Assembly: GCA_964057225.1 (NCBI GenBank)
Contig: OZ059899.1
Location: 19,158,001-19,222,000 of the forward strand
Reading direction: 5' to 3'
DNA from: Auanema rhodensis
Lineage: Eukaryota; Animalia; Nematoda
DNA length: 64,000 nt
In this document: piece after piece, positions 38,390 to 54,100 of the stretch
Layout of the letters: every line of letters begins with the position of its first letter
Numbering within the stretch: the stretch's first letter is position 1
Notes under the pieces: generated by a model
What the model saw: only the letters and a program-made list of their open reading frames with translations
The model's database searches: none
What the model was told of the DNA's origin: nothing
Made by a program: the position numbers and the translations under genes

Positions 38390-41300
38390 CACGTGTTGTG
38401 CACTCGGTATGTAACTCCCTTCACGTGGAAGATAAAGAGATGCGGTTTTCAAAATTAGATTCCCCATGTCCATATTAGTCTAAAAACAATTTTTTACTGA
38501 TATTGGTGCATGGTAACCATGATTTTGAAATTTACGTGAACTTTAATTTATGCTAATTAAACGTACACGTGATGTGCACTTGGTATGTAACTCGCTTCAC
38601 GTGAAAGATAAAGAGATGCGGTTTTTAAAATTAGATTCCGCATGTCCATATTAGTCTAAAAACAATTTTTTACTGATATTGGTGCATGGTAACCATGATT
38701 TTGAAATTTACGTGAACTTTAATTTATGCTAATTAAATGTACACGTGGTGTGCACTCGGTATGTAACTCGCTTCACGTCAAAGATAAAGAGATGCGGTTT
38801 TCAAAATTAGATTCCCCATGTACATATTAGTCTAAAAACAAATTTTTATTGATATTGGTGCATGGTAACCATGATTTTGAAATTTACGTGAACTTTAATT
38901 TATGCTAATTAAACGTACACGTGATGTGCACTTGGTATGTAACTCGCTTCACGTGAAAGATAAAGAGATGCGGTTTTTAAAATTAGATTCCCCATGTCCA
39001 TATTAGTCTAAAAACAATTTTTTACTGATATTGGTGCATGGTAACCATGATTTTGAAATTTACGTGAACTTTAATTTATGCTAATTAAACGTACACGTGG
39101 TGTGCACTCGGTATGTAACTCGCTTCACGTGAAAGATAAAGAGATGCGGTTTTTAAAATTAGATTCCCCATGTCCATATTAGTCTAAAAACAATTTTTTA
39201 CTGATATTGGTGCATGGTAACCATGATTTTGAAATTTACGTGAACTTTAATTTATGCTAATTAAACGTACACGTGATGTGCACTTGGTATGTAACTCGCT
39301 TCACGTGAAAGATAAAGAGATGCGGTTTTTAAAATTAGATTCCCCATGTCCATATTAGTCTAAAAACAATTTTTTACTGATATTGGTGCATGGTAACCAT
39401 GATTTTGAAATTTACGTGAACTTTAATTTATGCTAATTAAACGTACACGTGGTGTGCACTCGGTATGTAACTCGCTTCACGTGAAAGATAAAGAGATGCG
39501 GTTTTCAAAATTAGATTCCCCATGTCCATATTAGTCTAAAAACAAATTTTTATTGATATTGGTGCATGGTAACCATGACTTTGAAATTTACGTGAACTTT
39601 AATTTATGCTAATTAAACGTACACGTGTTGTGCACTCGGTATGTAACTCCCTTCACGTGGAAGATAAAGAGATGCGGTTTTCAAAATTAGATTCCCCATG
39701 TCCATATTAGTCTAAAAACAATTTTTTACTGATATTGGTGCATGGTAACCATGATTTTGAAATTTACGTGAACTTTAATTTATGCTAATTAAACGTACAC
39801 GTGATGTGCACTTGGTATGTAACTCGCTTCACGTGAAAGATAAAGAGATGCGGTTTTTAAAATTAGATTCCGCATGTCCATATTAGTCTAAAAACAATTT
39901 TTTACTGATATTGGTGCATGGTAACCATGATTTTGAAATTTACGTGAACTTTAATTTATGCTAATTAAATGTACACGTGGTGTGCACTCGGTATGTAACT
40001 CGCTTCACGTCAAAGATAAAGAGATGCGGTTTTCAAAATTAGATTCCCCATGTACATATTAGTCTAAAAACAAATTTTTATTGATATTGGTGCATGGTAA
40101 CCATGATTTTGAAATTTACGTGAACTTTAATTTATGCTAATTAAACGTACACGTGTTGTGCACTCGGTATGTAACTCCCTTCACGTGGAAGATAAAGAGA
40201 TGCGGTTTTCAAAATTAGATTCCCCATGTCCATATTAGTCTAAAAACAATTTTTTACTGATATTGGTGCATGGTAACCATGATTTTGAAATTTACGTGAA
40301 CTTTAATTTATGCTAATTAAACGTACACGTGATGTGCACTTGGTATGTAACTCGCTTCACGTGAAAGATAAAGAGATGCGGTTTTTAAAATTAGATTCCC
40401 CATGTCCATATTAGTCTAAAAACAATTTTTTACTGATATTGGTGCATGGTAACCATGATTTTGAAATTTACGTGAACTTTAATTTATGCTAATTAAATGT
40501 ACACGTGGTGTGCACTCGGTATGTAACTCGCTTCACGTCAAAGATAAAGAGATGCGGTTTTCAAAATTAGATTCCCCATGTACATATTAGTCTAAAAACA
40601 AATTTTTATTGATATTGGTGCATGGTAACCATGATTTTGAAATTTACGTGAACTTTAATTTATGCTAATTAAACGTACACGTGATGTGCACTTGGTATGT
40701 AACTCGCTTCACGTGAAAGATAAAGAGATGCGGTTTTTAAAATTAGATTCCCCATGTCCATATTAGTCTAAAAACAATTTTTTACTGATATTGGTGCATG
40801 GTAACCATGATTTTGAAATTTACGTGAACTTTAATTTATGCTAATTAAACGTACACGTGGTGTGCACTCGGTATGTAACTCGCTTCACGTGAAAGATAAA
40901 GAGATGCGGTTTTTAAAATTAGATTCCCCATGTCCATATTAGTCTAAAAACAATTTTTTACTGATATTGGTGCATGGTAACCATGATTTTGAAATTTACG
41001 TGAACTTTAATTTATGCTAATTAAACGTACACGTGATGTGCACTTGGTATGTAACTCGCTTCACGTGAAAGATAAAGAGATGCGGTTTTTAAAATTAGAT
41101 TCCCCATGTCCATATTAGTCTAAAAACAATTTTTTACTGATATTGGTGCATGGTAACCATGATTTTGAAATTTACGTGAACTTTAATTTATGCTAATTAA
41201 ACGTACACGTGGTGTGCACTCGGTATGTAACTCGCTTCACGTGAAAGATAAAGAGATGCGGTTTTCAAAATTAGATTCCCCATGTCCATATTAGTCTAAA

Positions 41301-42140
41301 AACAAATTTTTATTGATATTGGTGCATGGTAACCATGACTTTGAAATTTACGTGAACTTTAATTTATGCTAATTAAACGTACACGTGTTGTGCACTCGGT
41401 ATGTAACTCCCTTCACGTGGAAGATAAAGAGATGCGGTTTTCAAAATTAGATTCCCCATGTCCATATTAGTCTAAAAACAATTTTTTACTGATATTGGTG
41501 CATGGTAACCATGATTTTGAAATTTACGTGAACTTTAATTTATGCTAATTAAACGTACACGTGATGTGCACTTGGTATGTAACTCGCTTCACGTGAAAGA
41601 TAAAGAGATGCGGTTTTTAAAATTAGATTCCGCATGTCCATATTAGTCTAAAAACAATTTTTTACTGATATTGGTGCATGGTAACCATGATTTTGAAATT
41701 TACGTGAACTTTAATTTATGCTAATTAAATGTACACGTGGTGTGCACTCGGTATGTAACTCGCTTCACGTCAAAGATAAAGAGATGCGGTTTTCAAAATT
41801 AGATTCCCCATGTACATATTAGTCTAAAAACAAATTTTTATTGATATTGGTGCATGGTAACCATGATTTTGAAATTTACGTGAACTTTAATTTATGCTAA
41901 TTAAACGTACACGTGATGTGCACTTGGTATGTAACTCGCTTCACGTGAAAGATAAAGAGATGCGGTTTTTAAAATTAGATTCCCCATGTCCATATTAGTC
42001 TAAAAACAATTTTTTACTGATATTGGTGCATGGTAACCATGATTTTGAAATTTACGTGAACTTTAATTTATGCTAATTAAACGTACACGTGGTGTGCACT
42101 CGGTATGTAACTCGCTTCACGTGAAAGATAAAGAGATGCG
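38390..42140 (+). repeat. Local 10-monomer (1760 bp) tandem duplication, largely copied again within the 10-kb duplication
   Basis: The GTTGTG/CCCTTCACGTGGAAG cassette lies at ~38396/~40156 and ~39628/~41388 (offset 1760). Confidence 0.75.
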
Positions 42141-45100
42141 GTTTTCAAAATTAGATTCCCCATGTCCATATTAGTCTAAAAACAATTTTTTACTGATATT
42201 GGTGCATGGTAACCATGATTTTGAAATTTACGTGAACTTTAATTTATGCTAATTAAACGTACACGTGATGTGCACTTGGTATGTAACTCGCTTCACGTGA
42301 AAGATAAAGAGATGCGGTTTTTAAAATTAGATTCCCCATGTCCATATTAGTCTAAAAACAATTTTTTACTGATATTGGTGCATGGTAACCATGATTTTGA
42401 AATTTACGTGAACTTTAATTTATGCTAATTAAACGTACACGTGGTGTGCACTCGGTATGTAACTCGCTTCACGTGAAAGATAAAGAGATGCGGTTTTCAA
42501 AATTAGATTCCCCATGTCCATATTAGTCTGAAAACAAATTTTTATTGATATTGGTGCATGGTAACCATGACTTTGAAATTTACGTGAACTTTAATTTATG
42601 CTAATTAAACGTACACGTGGTGTGCACTCGGTATGTAACTCGCTTCACGTGAAAGATAAAGAGATGCGGTTTTTAAAATTAGATTCCCCATGTCCATATT
42701 AGTCTAAAAACAATTTTTTACTGATATTGGTGCATGGTAACCATGATTTTGAAATTTATGTGAACTTTAATTTATGCTAATTAAACGTACACGTGATGTG
42801 CACTTGGTATGTAACTCGCTTCACGTGAAAGATAAAGAGATGCGGTTTTTAAAATTAGATTCCCATGTCCATATTAGTCTAAAAACAATTTTTTACTGAT
42901 ATTGGTGCATGGTAACCATGATTTTGAAATTTACGTGAACTTTAATTTATGCTAATTAAACGTACACGTGGTGTGCACTCGGTATGTAACTCGCTTCACG
43001 TGAAAGATAAAGAGATGCGGTTTTCAAAATTAGATTCCCCATGTCCATATTAGTCTAAAAACAAATTTTTATTGATATTGGTGCATGGTAACCATGACTT
43101 TGAAATTTACGTGAACTTTAATTTATGCTAATTAAACGTACACGTGTTGTGCACTCGGTATGTAACTCGCTTCACGTGAAAGATAAAGAGATGCGGTTTT
43201 CAAAATTAGATTCCCCATGTCCATATTAGTCTAAAAACAAATTTTTATTGATATTGGTGCATGGTAACCATGACTTTGAAATTTACGTGAACTTTAATTT
43301 ATGCTAATTAAACGTACACGTGTTGTGCACTCGGTATGTAACTCCCTTCACGTGGAAGATAAAGAGATGCGGTTTTCAAAATTAGATTCCCCATGTCCAT
43401 ATTAGTCTAAAAACAATTTTTTACTGATATTGGTGCATGGTAACCATGATTTTGAAATTTACGTGAACTTTAATTTATGCTAATTAAACGTACACGTGAT
43501 GTGCACTTGGTATGTAACTCGCTTCACGTGAAAGATAAAGAGATGCGGTTTTTAAAATTAGATTCCGCATGTCCATATTAGTCTAAAAACAATTTTTTAC
43601 TGATATTGGTGCATGGTAACCATGATTTTGAAATTTACGTGAACTTTAATTTATGCTAATTAAATGTACACGTGGTGTGCACTCGGTATGTAACTCGCTT
43701 CACGTCAAAGATAAAGAGATGCGGTTTTCAAAATTAGATTCCCCATGTACATATTAGTCTAAAAACAAATTTTTATTGATATTGGTGCATGGTAACCATG
43801 ATTTTGAAATTTACGTGAACTTTAATTTATGTTAATTAAACGTACACGTGATGTGCACTTGGTATGTAACTCGCTTCACGTGAAAGATAAAGAGATGCGG
43901 TTTTTAAAATTAGATTCCCCATGTCCATATTAGTCTAAAAACAATTTTTTACTGATATTGGTGCATGGTAACCATGATTTTGAAATTTACGTGAACTTTA
44001 ATTTATGCTAATTAAACGTACACGTGGTGTGCACTCGGTATGTAACTCGCTTCACGTGAAAGATAAAGAGATGCGGTTTTCAAAATTAGATTCCCCATGT
44101 CCATATTAGTCTAAAAACAAATTTTTATTGATATTGGTGCATGGTAACCATGACTTTGAAATTTACGTGAACTTTAATTTATGCTAATTAAACGTACACG
44201 TGGTGTGCACTCGGTATGTAACTCGCTTCACGTGAAAGATAAAGAGATGCGGTTTTTAAAATTAGATTCCCCATGTCCATATTAATCTAAAAACAATTTT
44301 TTATTGATATTGGTGCATGGTAACCATGATTTTGAAATTTACGTGAACTTTAATTTATGCTAATTAAACGTACACGTGGTGTGCACTCGGTATGTAACTC
44401 GCTTCACGTGAAAGATAAAGAGATGCGGTTTTCAAAATTAGATTCCCCATGTCCATATTAGTCTAAAAACAAATTTTTATTGATATTGGTGCATGGTAAC
44501 CATGACTTTGAAATTTACGTGAACTTTAATTTATGCTAATTAAACGTACACGTGGTGTGCACTCGGTATGTAACTCGATTCACGTGAAAGATAAAGAGAT
44601 GCGGTTTTCAAAATTAGATTCCCCATGTCCATATTAGTCTAAAAACAAATTTTTATTGATATTGGTGCATGGTAACCATGATTTTGAAATTTACGTGAAC
44701 TTTAATTTATGCTAATTAAACGTACACGTGATGTGCACTTGGTATGTAACTCGCTTCACGTGAAAGATAAAGAGATGCGGTTTTTAAAATTAGATTCCCC
44801 ATGTCCATATTAGTCTAAAAACAATTTTTTACTGATATTGGTGCATGGTAACCATGATTTTGAAATTTACGTGAACTTTAATTTATGCTAATTAAACGTA
44901 CACGTGGTGTGCACTCGGTATGTAACTCGCTTCACGTGAAAGATAAAGAGATGCGGTTTTCAAAATTAGATTCCCCATGTCCATATTAGTCTAAAAACAA
45001 ATTTTTATTGATATTGGTGCATGGTAACCATGACTTTGAAATTTACGTGAACTTTAATTTATGCTAATTAAACGTACACGTGGTGTGCACTCGGTATGTA

Positions 45101-48100
45101 ACTCGATTCACGTGAAAGATAAAGAGATGCGGTTTTCAAAATTAGATTCCCCATGTCCATATTAGTCTAAAAACAAATTTTTTTTGATATTGGTGCATGG
45201 TAACCATGATTTTGAAATTTACGTGAACTTTAATTTATGCTAATTAAATGTACACGTGGTGTGCACTCGGTATGTAACTCGCTTCACGTGAAAGATAAAG
45301 AGATGCGGTTTTCAAAATTAGATTCCGCATGTCCATATTAGTCTAAAAACAAATTTTTATTGATATTGGTGCATGGTAACCATGACTTTGAATTTTACGT
45401 GAACTTTAATTTATGCTAATTAAACGTACACGTGGTGTGCACTCGGTATGTAACTCGCTTCACGTGAAAGATAAAGAGATGCGGTTTTCAAAATTAGATT
45501 CCCCATGTCCATATTAGTCTAAAAACAAATTTTTATTGATATTGGTGCATGGTAACCATGACTTTGAAATTTACGTGAACTTTAATTTATGCTACATAAA
45601 TGTACACGTGATGTGCACTTGGTATGTAACTCGCTTCACGTGAAAGATAAAAAGATGCGCTTTTTAAAATTAGATTCCCCATGTCCATATTAGTCTAAAA
45701 ACAATTTTTTACTGATATTGGTGCATGGTAACCATGACTTTGAAATTTACGTGAACTTTAATTTATGCTAATTAAACGTACACGTGGTGTGCACTCGGTA
45801 TGTAACTCGCTTCACGTGTAAGATAAAGAGATGCGGTTTTCAAAATTAGATTCCCCATGTCCATATTAGTCTAAAAACAAATTTTTATTGATATTGGTGC
45901 ATGGTAACCATGATTTTGAAATTTACGTGAACTTTAATTTATGCTAATTAAATGTACACGTGGTGTGCACTCGGTATGTAACTCGCTTCACGTGAAAGAT
46001 AAAGAGATGCAGTTATCAAAATTAGATTCCCCATGTCCATATTAGTCTAAAAACAAATTTTTATTGATATTGGTGCATGGTAACCATGACTTTGAAATTT
46101 ACGTGAACTTTAATTTATGCTAATTAAACGTACACGTGATGTGCACTTGGTATGTAACTCGCTTCACGTGAAAGATAAAGAGATGCGGTTTTTAAAATTA
46201 GATTCCCCATGTCCATATTAGTCTAAAAACAATTTTTTACTGATATTGGTGCATGGTAACCATGATCTTGAAATTTACGTGAACTTTAATTTATGCTAAT
46301 TAAACGTACACGTGGTGTGCATTCGGTATGTAACTCGCTTCACGTGAAAGATAAAGAGATGCGGTTTTCAAAATTAGATTCCCCATGTCCATATTAGTCT
46401 AAAAACAAATTTTTTTTGATATTGGTGCATGGTAACCATGACTTTGAATTTTACGTGAACTTTAATTTATGCTACATAAATGTACACGTGATGTGCACTT
46501 GGTATGTAACTCGCTTCACGTGAAAGATAAAAAGATGCGCTTTTTAAAATTAGATTCCCCATGTCCATATTAGTCTAAAAACAAATTTTTATTGATATTG
46601 GTGCATGGTAACCATGACTTTGAAATTTACGTGAACTTTAATTTATGCTACATAAATGTACACGTGATGTGCACTTGGTATGTAACTCGCTTCACGTGAA
46701 AGATAAAAAGATGCGCTTTTTAAAATTAGATTCCCCATGTCCATATTAGTCTAAAAACAATTTTTTACTGATATTGGTGCATGGTAACCATGACTTTGAA
46801 ATTTACGTGAACTTTAATTTATGCTAATTAAACGTACACGTGGTGTGCACTCGGTATGTAACTCGCTTCACGTGTAAGATAAAGAGATGCGGTTTTCAAA
46901 ATTAGATTCCCCATGTCCATATTAGTCTAAAAACAAATTTTTATTGATATTGGTGCATGGTAACCATGACTTTGAAATTTACGTGAACTTTAATTTATGC
47001 TAATTAAACGTACACGTGGTGTGCACTCGGTATGTAACTCGCTTCACGTGTAAGATAAAGAGATGCGGTTTTCAAAACTAGATTCCCCATGTCCATATTA
47101 GTCTAAAAACAAATTTTTATTGATATTGGTGCATGGTAACCATGATCTTGAAATTTACGTGAACTTTAATTTATGCTAATTAAACGTACACGTGGTGTGC
47201 ACTCGGTATGTAACTCGCTTCACGTGAAAGATAAAGAGATGCGGTTTTTAAAATTAGATTCCCCATGTCCATATTAGTCTAAAAACAAATTTTTATTGAT
47301 ATTGGTGCATGGTAACCATGACTTTGAAATTTACGTGAACTTTAATTTATGCTACATAAATGTACACGTGATGTGCACTTGGTATGTAACTCGCTTCACG
47401 TGAAAGATAAAAAGATGCGCTTTTTAAAATTAGATTCCCCATGTCCATATTAGTCTAAAAACAATTTTTTACTGATATTGGTGCATGGTAACCATGACTT
47501 TGAAATTTACGTGAACTTTAATTTATGCTAATTAAACGTACACGTGGTGTGCACTCGGTATGTAACTCGCTTCACGTGTAAGATAAAGAGATGCGGTTTT
47601 CAAAATTAGATTCCCCATGTCCATATTAGTCTAAAAACAAATTTTTATTGATATTGGTGCATGGTAACCATGACTTTGAAATTTACGTGAACTTTAATTT
47701 ATGCTAATTAAACGTACACGTGGTGTGCACTCGGTATGTAACTCGCTTCACGTGTAAGATAAAGAGATGCGGTTTTCAAAACTAGATTCCCCATGTCCAT
47801 ATTAGTCTAAAAACAAATTTTTATTGATATTGGTGCATGGTAACCATGATTTTGAAATTTACGTGAACTTTAATTTATGCTAATTAAACGTACACGTGGT
47901 GTGCACTCGGTATGTAACTCGCTTCACGTGAAAGATAAAGAGATGCAGTTATCAAAATTAGATTCCCCATGTCCATAGTAGTCTAAAAACAAATTTTTAT
48001 TGATATTGGTGCATGGTAACCATGACTTTGAAATTTACGTGAACTTTAATTTATGCTAATTAAACGTACACGTGTTGTGCACTCGGTATGTAACTCGCTT

Positions 48101-51100
48101 CACGTGGAAGATAAAGAGATGCGGTTTTCAAAATTAGATTCTTCATGTCCATATTAGTCTAAAAACAATTTTTTACTGATATTGGTGCATGGTAACCATG
48201 ATTTTGAAATTTACGTGAACTTTAATTTATGCTAATTAAACGTACACGTGATGTGCACTTGGTATGTAACTCGCTTCACGTGAAAGATAAAGAGATGCGG
48301 TTTTTAAAATTAGATTCCGCATGTCCATATTAGTCTAAAAACAATTTTTTACTGATATTGGTGCATGGTAACCATGATTTTGAAATTTACGTGAACTTTA
48401 ATTTATGCTAATTAAACGTACACGTGGTGTGCACTCGGTATGTAACTCGCTTCACGTGAAAGATAAAGAGATGCGGTTTTCAAAATTAGATTCCCCATGT
48501 CCATATTAGTCTAAAAACAAATTTTTATTGATATTGGTGCATGGTAACCATGACTTTGAAATTTACGTGAACTTTAATTTATGCTAATTAAATGTACACG
48601 TGGTGTGCACTCGGTATGTAACTCGCTTCACGTGAAAGATAAAGAGATGCAGTTATCAAAATTAGATTCCCCATGTCCATATTAGTCTAAAAACAAATTT
48701 TTATTGATATTGGTGCATGGTAACCATGACTTTGAAATTTACGTGAACTTTAATTTATGCTAATTAAACGTACACGTGTTGTGCACTCGGTATGTAACTC
48801 GCTTCACGTGGAAGATAAAGAGATGCGGTTTTCAAAATTAGATTCTTCATGTCCATATTAGTCTAAAAACAATTTTTTACTGATATTGGTGCATGGTAAC
48901 CATGATTTTGAAATTTACGTGAACTTTAATTTATGCTAATTAAACGTACACGTGATGTGCACTTGGTATGTAACTCGCTTCACGTGAAAGATAAAGAGAT
49001 GCGGTTTTTAAAATTAGATTCCCCATGTCCATATTAGTCTAAAAACAATTTTTTACTGATATTGGTGCATGGTAACCATGATTTTGAAATTTACGTGAAC
49101 TTTAATTTATGCTAATTAAACGTACACGTGGTGTGCACTCGGTATGTAACTCGCTTCACGTGAAAGATAAAGAGATGCGGTTTTTAAAATTAGATTCCCC
49201 ATGTCCATATTAGTCTAAAAACAATTTTTTACTGATATTGGTGCATGGTAACCATGATTTTGAAATTTACGTGAACTTTAATTTATGCTAATTAAACGTA
49301 CACGTGATGTGCACTTGGTATGTAACTCGCTTCACGTGAAAGATAAAGAGATGCGGTTTTTAAAATTAGATTCCCCATGTCCATATTAGTCTAAAAACAA
49401 TTTTTTACTGATATTGGTGCATGGTAACCATGATTTTGAAATTTACGTGAACTTTAATTTATGCTAATTAAACGTACACGTGGTGTGCACTCGGTATGTA
49501 ACTCGCTTCACGTGAAAGATAAAGAGATGCGGTTTTCAAAATTAGATTCCCCATGTCCATATTAGTCTAAAAACAAATTTTTATTGATATTGGTGCATGG
49601 TAACCATGACTTTGAAATTTACGTGAACTTTAATTTATGCTAATTAAACGTACACGTGTTGTGCACTCGGTATGTAACTCCCTTCACGTGGAAGATAAAG
49701 AGATGCGGTTTTCAAAATTAGATTCCCCATGTCCATATTAGTCTAAAAACAATTTTTTACTGATATTGGTGCATGGTAACCATGATTTTGAAATTTACGT
49801 GAACTTTAATTTATGCTAATTAAACGTACACGTGATGTGCACTTGGTATGTAACTCGCTTCACGTGAAAGATAAAGAGATGCGGTTTTTAAAATTAGATT
49901 CCGCATGTCCATATTAGTCTAAAAACAATTTTTTACTGATATTGGTGCATGGTAACCATGATTTTGAAATTTACGTGAACTTTAATTTATGCTAATTAAA
50001 TGTACACGTGGTGTGCACTCGGTATGTAACTCGCTTCACGTCAAAGATAAAGAGATGCGGTTTTCAAAATTAGATTCCCCATGTACATATTAGTCTAAAA
50101 ACAAATTTTTATTGATATTGGTGCATGGTAACCATGATTTTGAAATTTACGTGAACTTTAATTTATGCTAATTAAACGTACACGTGTTGTGCACTCGGTA
50201 TGTAACTCCCTTCACGTGGAAGATAAAGAGATGCGGTTTTCAAAATTAGATTCCCCATGTCCATATTAGTCTAAAAACAATTTTTTACTGATATTGGTGC
50301 ATGGTAACCATGATTTTGAAATTTACGTGAACTTTAATTTATGCTAATTAAACGTACACGTGATGTGCACTTGGTATGTAACTCGCTTCACGTGAAAGAT
50401 AAAGAGATGCGGTTTTTAAAATTAGATTCCCCATGTCCATATTAGTCTAAAAACAATTTTTTACTGATATTGGTGCATGGTAACCATGATTTTGAAATTT
50501 ACGTGAACTTTAATTTATGCTAATTAAATGTACACGTGGTGTGCACTCGGTATGTAACTCGCTTCACGTCAAAGATAAAGAGATGCGGTTTTCAAAATTA
50601 GATTCCCCATGTACATATTAGTCTAAAAACAAATTTTTATTGATATTGGTGCATGGTAACCATGATTTTGAAATTTACGTGAACTTTAATTTATGCTAAT
50701 TAAACGTACACGTGATGTGCACTTGGTATGTAACTCGCTTCACGTGAAAGATAAAGAGATGCGGTTTTTAAAATTAGATTCCCCATGTCCATATTAGTCT
50801 AAAAACAATTTTTTACTGATATTGGTGCATGGTAACCATGATTTTGAAATTTACGTGAACTTTAATTTATGCTAATTAAACGTACACGTGGTGTGCACTC
50901 GGTATGTAACTCGCTTCACGTGAAAGATAAAGAGATGCGGTTTTTAAAATTAGATTCCCCATGTCCATATTAGTCTAAAAACAATTTTTTACTGATATTG
51001 GTGCATGGTAACCATGATTTTGAAATTTACGTGAACTTTAATTTATGCTAATTAAACGTACACGTGATGTGCACTTGGTATGTAACTCGCTTCACGTGAA

Positions 51101-54100
51101 AGATAAAGAGATGCGGTTTTTAAAATTAGATTCCCCATGTCCATATTAGTCTAAAAACAATTTTTTACTGATATTGGTGCATGGTAACCATGATTTTGAA
51201 ATTTACGTGAACTTTAATTTATGCTAATTAAACGTACACGTGGTGTGCACTCGGTATGTAACTCGCTTCACGTGAAAGATAAAGAGATGCGGTTTTCAAA
51301 ATTAGATTCCCCATGTCCATATTAGTCTAAAAACAAATTTTTATTGATATTGGTGCATGGTAACCATGACTTTGAAATTTACGTGAACTTTAATTTATGC
51401 TAATTAAACGTACACGTGTTGTGCACTCGGTATGTAACTCCCTTCACGTGGAAGATAAAGAGATGCGGTTTTCAAAATTAGATTCCCCATGTCCATATTA
51501 GTCTAAAAACAATTTTTTACTGATATTGGTGCATGGTAACCATGATTTTGAAATTTACGTGAACTTTAATTTATGCTAATTAAACGTACACGTGATGTGC
51601 ACTTGGTATGTAACTCGCTTCACGTGAAAGATAAAGAGATGCGGTTTTTAAAATTAGATTCCGCATGTCCATATTAGTCTAAAAACAATTTTTTACTGAT
51701 ATTGGTGCATGGTAACCATGATTTTGAAATTTACGTGAACTTTAATTTATGCTAATTAAATGTACACGTGGTGTGCACTCGGTATGTAACTCGCTTCACG
51801 TCAAAGATAAAGAGATGCGGTTTTCAAAATTAGATTCCCCATGTACATATTAGTCTAAAAACAAATTTTTATTGATATTGGTGCATGGTAACCATGATTT
51901 TGAAATTTACGTGAACTTTAATTTATGCTAATTAAACGTACACGTGATGTGCACTTGGTATGTAACTCGCTTCACGTGAAAGATAAAGAGATGCGGTTTT
52001 TAAAATTAGATTCCCCATGTCCATATTAGTCTAAAAACAATTTTTTACTGATATTGGTGCATGGTAACCATGATTTTGAAATTTACGTGAACTTTAATTT
52101 ATGCTAATTAAACGTACACGTGGTGTGCACTCGGTATGTAACTCGCTTCACGTGAAAGATAAAGAGATGCGGTTTTCAAAATTAGATTCCCCATGTCCAT
52201 ATTAGTCTAAAAACAATTTTTTACTGATATTGGTGCATGGTAACCATGATTTTGAAATTTACGTGAACTTTAATTTATGCTAATTAAACGTACACGTGAT
52301 GTGCACTTGGTATGTAACTCGCTTCACGTGAAAGATAAAGAGATGCGGTTTTTAAAATTAGATTCCCCATGTCCATATTAGTCTAAAAACAATTTTTTAC
52401 TGATATTGGTGCATGGTAACCATGATTTTGAAATTTACGTGAACTTTAATTTATGCTAATTAAACGTACACGTGGTGTGCACTCGGTATGTAACTCGCTT
52501 CACGTGAAAGATAAAGAGATGCGGTTTTCAAAATTAGATTCCCCATGTCCATATTAGTCTGAAAACAAATTTTTATTGATATTGGTGCATGGTAACCATG
52601 ACTTTGAAATTTACGTGAACTTTAATTTATGCTAATTAAACGTACACGTGGTGTGCACTCGGTATGTAACTCGCTTCACGTGAAAGATAAAGAGATGCGG
52701 TTTTTAAAATTAGATTCCCCATGTCCATATTAGTCTAAAAACAATTTTTTACTGATATTGGTGCATGGTAACCATGATTTTGAAATTTATGTGAACTTTA
52801 ATTTATGCTAATTAAACGTACACGTGATGTGCACTTGGTATGTAACTCGCTTCACGTGAAAGATAAAGAGATGCGGTTTTTAAAATTAGATTCCCATGTC
52901 CATATTAGTCTAAAAACAATTTTTTACTGATATTGGTGCATGGTAACCATGATTTTGAAATTTACGTGAACTTTAATTTATGCTAATTAAACGTACACGT
53001 GGTGTGCACTCGGTATGTAACTCGCTTCACGTGAAAGATAAAGAGATGCGGTTTTCAAAATTAGATTCCCCATGTCCATATTAGTCTAAAAACAAATTTT
53101 TATTGATATTGGTGCATGGTAACCATGACTTTGAAATTTACGTGAACTTTAATTTATGCTAATTAAACGTACACGTGTTGTGCACTCGGTATGTAACTCG
53201 CTTCACGTGAAAGATAAAGAGATGCGGTTTTCAAAATTAGATTCCCCATGTCCATATTAGTCTAAAAACAAATTTTTATTGATATTGGTGCATGGTAACC
53301 ATGACTTTGAAATTTACGTGAACTTTAATTTATGCTAATTAAACGTACACGTGTTGTGCACTCGGTATGTAACTCCCTTCACGTGGAAGATAAAGAGATG
53401 CGGTTTTCAAAATTAGATTCCCCATGTCCATATTAGTCTAAAAACAATTTTTTACTGATATTGGTGCATGGTAACCATGATTTTGAAATTTACGTGAACT
53501 TTAATTTATGCTAATTAAACGTACACGTGATGTGCACTTGGTATGTAACTCGCTTCACGTGAAAGATAAAGAGATGCGGTTTTTAAAATTAGATTCCGCA
53601 TGTCCATATTAGTCTAAAAACAATTTTTTACTGATATTGGTGCATGGTAACCATGATTTTGAAATTTACGTGAACTTTAATTTATGCTAATTAAATGTAC
53701 ACGTGGTGTGCACTCGGTATGTAACTCGCTTCACGTCAAAGATAAAGAGATGCGGTTTTCAAAATTAGATTCCCCATGTACATATTAGTCTAAAAACAAA
53801 TTTTTATTGATATTGGTGCATGGTAACCATGATTTTGAAATTTACGTGAACTTTAATTTATGTTAATTAAACGTACACGTGATGTGCACTTGGTATGTAA
53901 CTCGCTTCACGTGAAAGATAAAGAGATGCGGTTTTTAAAATTAGATTCCCCATGTCCATATTAGTCTAAAAACAATTTTTTACTGATATTGGTGCATGGT
54001 AACCATGATTTTGAAATTTACGTGAACTTTAATTTATGCTAATTAAACGTACACGTGGTGTGCACTCGGTATGTAACTCGCTTCACGTGAAAGATAAAGA

